Notes under the pieces: model-generated
The model's input: only the letters and a program-made list of their open reading frames with translations
Database searches by the model: none
What the model was told of the DNA's origin: nothing
Shown: one piece after another, positions 61,083 through 64,000 of the stretch
Numbering within the stretch: the stretch's first letter is position 1
How the letters are laid out: each line of letters begins with the position of its first letter
Position numbers and translations under genes: made by a program
Source of the DNA: Catajapyx aquilonaris
Taxonomy: Eukaryota
NCBI GenBank assembly: GCA_000934665.2
Contig: JYFJ02001803.1
Location: 1-64,000, forward strand
Reading direction: 5' to 3'
DNA: 64,000 nucleotides

Positions 61083-63126
61083 TTAAAGTAGAGGACCAGG
61101 TGGTAAAATATGGGGTAAAAATGACAAAGTGCACAGGTGGCACACCCGGATTCTTACTCTGACAGGATTTGTCGCCTATTGCACATGGACGATGCATTAG
61201 GGGACCAAGGCCAGATTATTCGGAGGCCCTCGAGCTGGCTTTTGCTTTTTTGAAACTGGCGGATCGGATGTGACGCCACGAAACTTTAAAGGCGCCATAC
61301 ACATTAACTACACAATGGTGCCCAAAACTAATTGCACGTCTGTATATTAGTTTTGCGAGTACTATCAGTGTACCTGGTGATGGGCACAAGTTTCCCTTCA
61401 CCCTGTATATGGACAACTCACTCTAGCTTGCTATGCAAAAATTAATTACTGTTTTTGAGTAACCTATGACTAAACTCAGCCCAGCAGCATTTGTACCCCA
61501 TTATACACTTATCAGACAATTGCTAAGCCTCTCTTTAAAAGGGCCTGTTGTGTGATTGATGGTAAATCTCACGTAATTATTTAAGACTGGGTTGCATAAC
61601 TGCATAAGTGATAGTAAACCACTAGAAAATGAACCCAACTTATATGCTTACATGCTTACTTACACTGTGTTTCAGAATTTGGCTTACATCAGTATTGGCA
61701 GAAATGCAGACAAGGTCGATTGGTGCCCTGAGAGGGGGAGAAAGGGAAGATGGGGAATTTGCATTGTGGCTAATTCGCCTGAGACTCTTCTGACAGAGTA
61801 GAATTAGGCAGGTATCATGTTGACACAGGAGAATCTGCAACAGTTCAACCAGTAGGAAGCGAGCTAAATTCTTATACACAAGGTATGATGCTGAAATGCC
61901 ACCTCTAGTAGTGTTGTCCTTCATAAGTCTGGCTTGCATGTTAAATAAGGGATCAAGGGCCTTCGGTTGCATTTCAGTGAGTATACTCACCAGCAAGTTC
62001 AGTCCCACCTGATTTGACCTGACTGTGACACAGCAGTGGAAATTTCTGCTATCATGGTACCAAGTTAATAATAATAATAATAACTGGGATAGTGCTTTCA
62101 CCCCCATCATGGTACCAAGTTGGCATTATGCTGGAGCTGTACTGTGTTGTTTTGGTTGAGAGAGAAAGCAAATGATGACGTCACACTCTGACTATTCCTG
62201 ACCATCATTTTCACTTATTGGAATTGTGCTGAGACTCGCCAGAAATGACCAGCTAGTGACATCAGAATTTGCTCGATGCATCGACCAAAATTAAACAGCA
62301 TGGCTCAGCGCAGGGCTGGCTCTATACTATGATAGTAAAGAGAAGGCCCATGCTCAGTGGGGGAAATTCTTGCCACTGCATCACAGCCTTGAGAGGACAA
62401 ATCGGGAGGAATTGAACTTGCCGGTGAACATTCTCACATTAAAGCGGTATATGGCTCCTGGTATCAGGTGGCAGAATTAGCCAGCTCTCAATTACCATTT
62501 TCTGCTCCAACCATAGTTTTCCTTTCACAATATTACACAAGCTTACGTTGGCCAGCTGGCCAGCTTTGTAATTTGACTAAACTGGTCCAGAATGGAAAAA
62601 CAGTTAGACTACCCCGTTTCATGTTAAGGTGCATATTGGCAGGCAGGGTCTGCCTGTCTTGTGGGCTGCATTTGTACATTTCTTTCATTTGATGAATTTT
62701 CCTGTCATCATTTCAACACTGTTAAAATTTACCTGCAGTATGGTGCTATTGTATGAATGTATCTGGCCAACATTATGGAAATGTTGGAATTTGCTGATTG
62801 CATAATCGAGTAACAAAATAGTCAGAGAATTTTGTAAGCTGGAGGTCACAAGCTTCCTTTGCATAGGAAGGGTGGGAGCATTTGGTATGTATTTTACTTT
62901 GGACAAGTCACGCATTGTATTGCTTCTAGGAGCCATCGACAGACATGATGAGAGTAGTGGTTACAGGAAGATAAAATGTTGTAACCTGGTTTCATGGTGT
63001 ACTGAGCAGAAAGTTTGTTAAGGAGTAGCGCATACGAGACCCCATTATTGATTCCCATTCATTTTATGAAAATGTGGAAGCATTCTGATACCTACCAATT
63101 GAAGGAAACAATCTGGATCTCCTTAA

Positions 63127-63583
63127 AGGGACACTCCACTCAAAATACAAGTTGGGTTCTAAAAATCGGGCAAAAAATCCTGATTCCGAGGGCATAAGCA
63201 GTTTTTCTTAGAGACGAACGGTAAGGCCAGTGTGAAAGCTGTAAGTGTGTCGTTCGAAAACCGCGCGCGGGGAAGGTGGGCGCAGGTCGCGACGCCACCA
63301 GAGTGGAACCGGGCGGAACTAGATGCGGTGTCTCAACAACTGCCGCACCAGGCCATGCTGTGCTCGCCTGGTGCGGCAGTTGTTGAGACACCGCATCTAG
63401 TTCCGCCCGGTTCCGGCGTCGCCACCTGCGCCGCCTGCCCCGCGCGCGGTTTTCGAACGACACACTTCCAGCTTTCACACTGGCATTACCGTTCGTCTCT
63501 AAGAAAAACTGCTTATGCCCTCGGAATCAGGATTTTTTGCCCGATTTTTAGAACCCAACTTGTATTTTGAGTAGAGTGTCCCT
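63127..63583. mobile_element. Kolobok-like MITE, almost fully palindromic
   Basis: Same TIR family with TTAA TSD; the arms pair over more than 200 nt. Confidence 0.88.
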
Positions 63584-64000
63584 TTAACACACCAGCTCCC
63601 ATCATGCATGCATGAAAACTGGAGATAATTTTTAAAATGAGGAGAGCGTTAACAGGAACTAAAGAAATAAGGAATATTTTCTTTAGTCTTGATGTAGGGA
63701 GCAATGCAGTGTAGGATACGTAATCTCTTGCCTGACATGATAATGTGCCATTCGGATACTTTTTAGGGCTGCAGGTAGAGGACCACTACATCAAATATGT
63801 AACAATGGCAGAAACTGCTTTTTTGGGGGGTCAGAAGTGTACTGGATCACTATATTGTATTTTTAAACAAATATTGTAGTAATGCAAGGGCATAATTTCA
63901 AATGAAATTAAACAATTGTCGCTAAATTGTGTGTTTTTTGATGGTGCCCTGAATTGATCTTAGTAATAATTGTCCTTGCACAATTCGTCATTTTAAAAAC

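Noticed and set aside
63140..63570. Two near-identical 112-aa ORFs on opposite strands
   Set aside because: Artefact of the palindromic MITE.

Overview
Eukaryotic, repeat-rich genomic DNA, almost certainly arthropod and probably insect (Smox-type Smad, ionotropic-receptor relic, tRNA-derived SINEs). No prokaryotic features, CRISPR arrays or rRNA were found. I assembled three spliced genes by hand from GT-AG sites with consistent phases. (1) A secreted ~396-aa cysteine-rich protein with an N-terminal AmFPI-1/IGFBP-like module and four thyroglobulin type-1 domains (+, 8 coding exons, 5298-15129). (2) Smad2/3 (Smox), ~418 aa (+, 7 coding exons, 20442-58247, C-terminal SSMS). (3) An intact ~439-aa THAP + zinc-finger gene nested antisense in Smad intron 4 (-, 46422-44703). 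The same intron holds an internally deleted, frameshifted ionotropic-receptor relic (49826-50574). Smad intron 1 contains a CpG-rich block ending in a candidate alternative first exon (28880-28914) that would splice in frame to exon 2 and keep the MH1 zinc-ligand Cys spacing. Most remaining sequence is MITEs (hAT, Tc1/mariner/pogo, PIF/Harbinger, piggyBac, Kolobok and P-like), at least five tRNA-SINE families, LINE 3' fragments, mariner remnants and a Helitron end, often nested with readable target-site duplications. All calls are by eye; family and superfamily names come from remembered motifs, not database searches.
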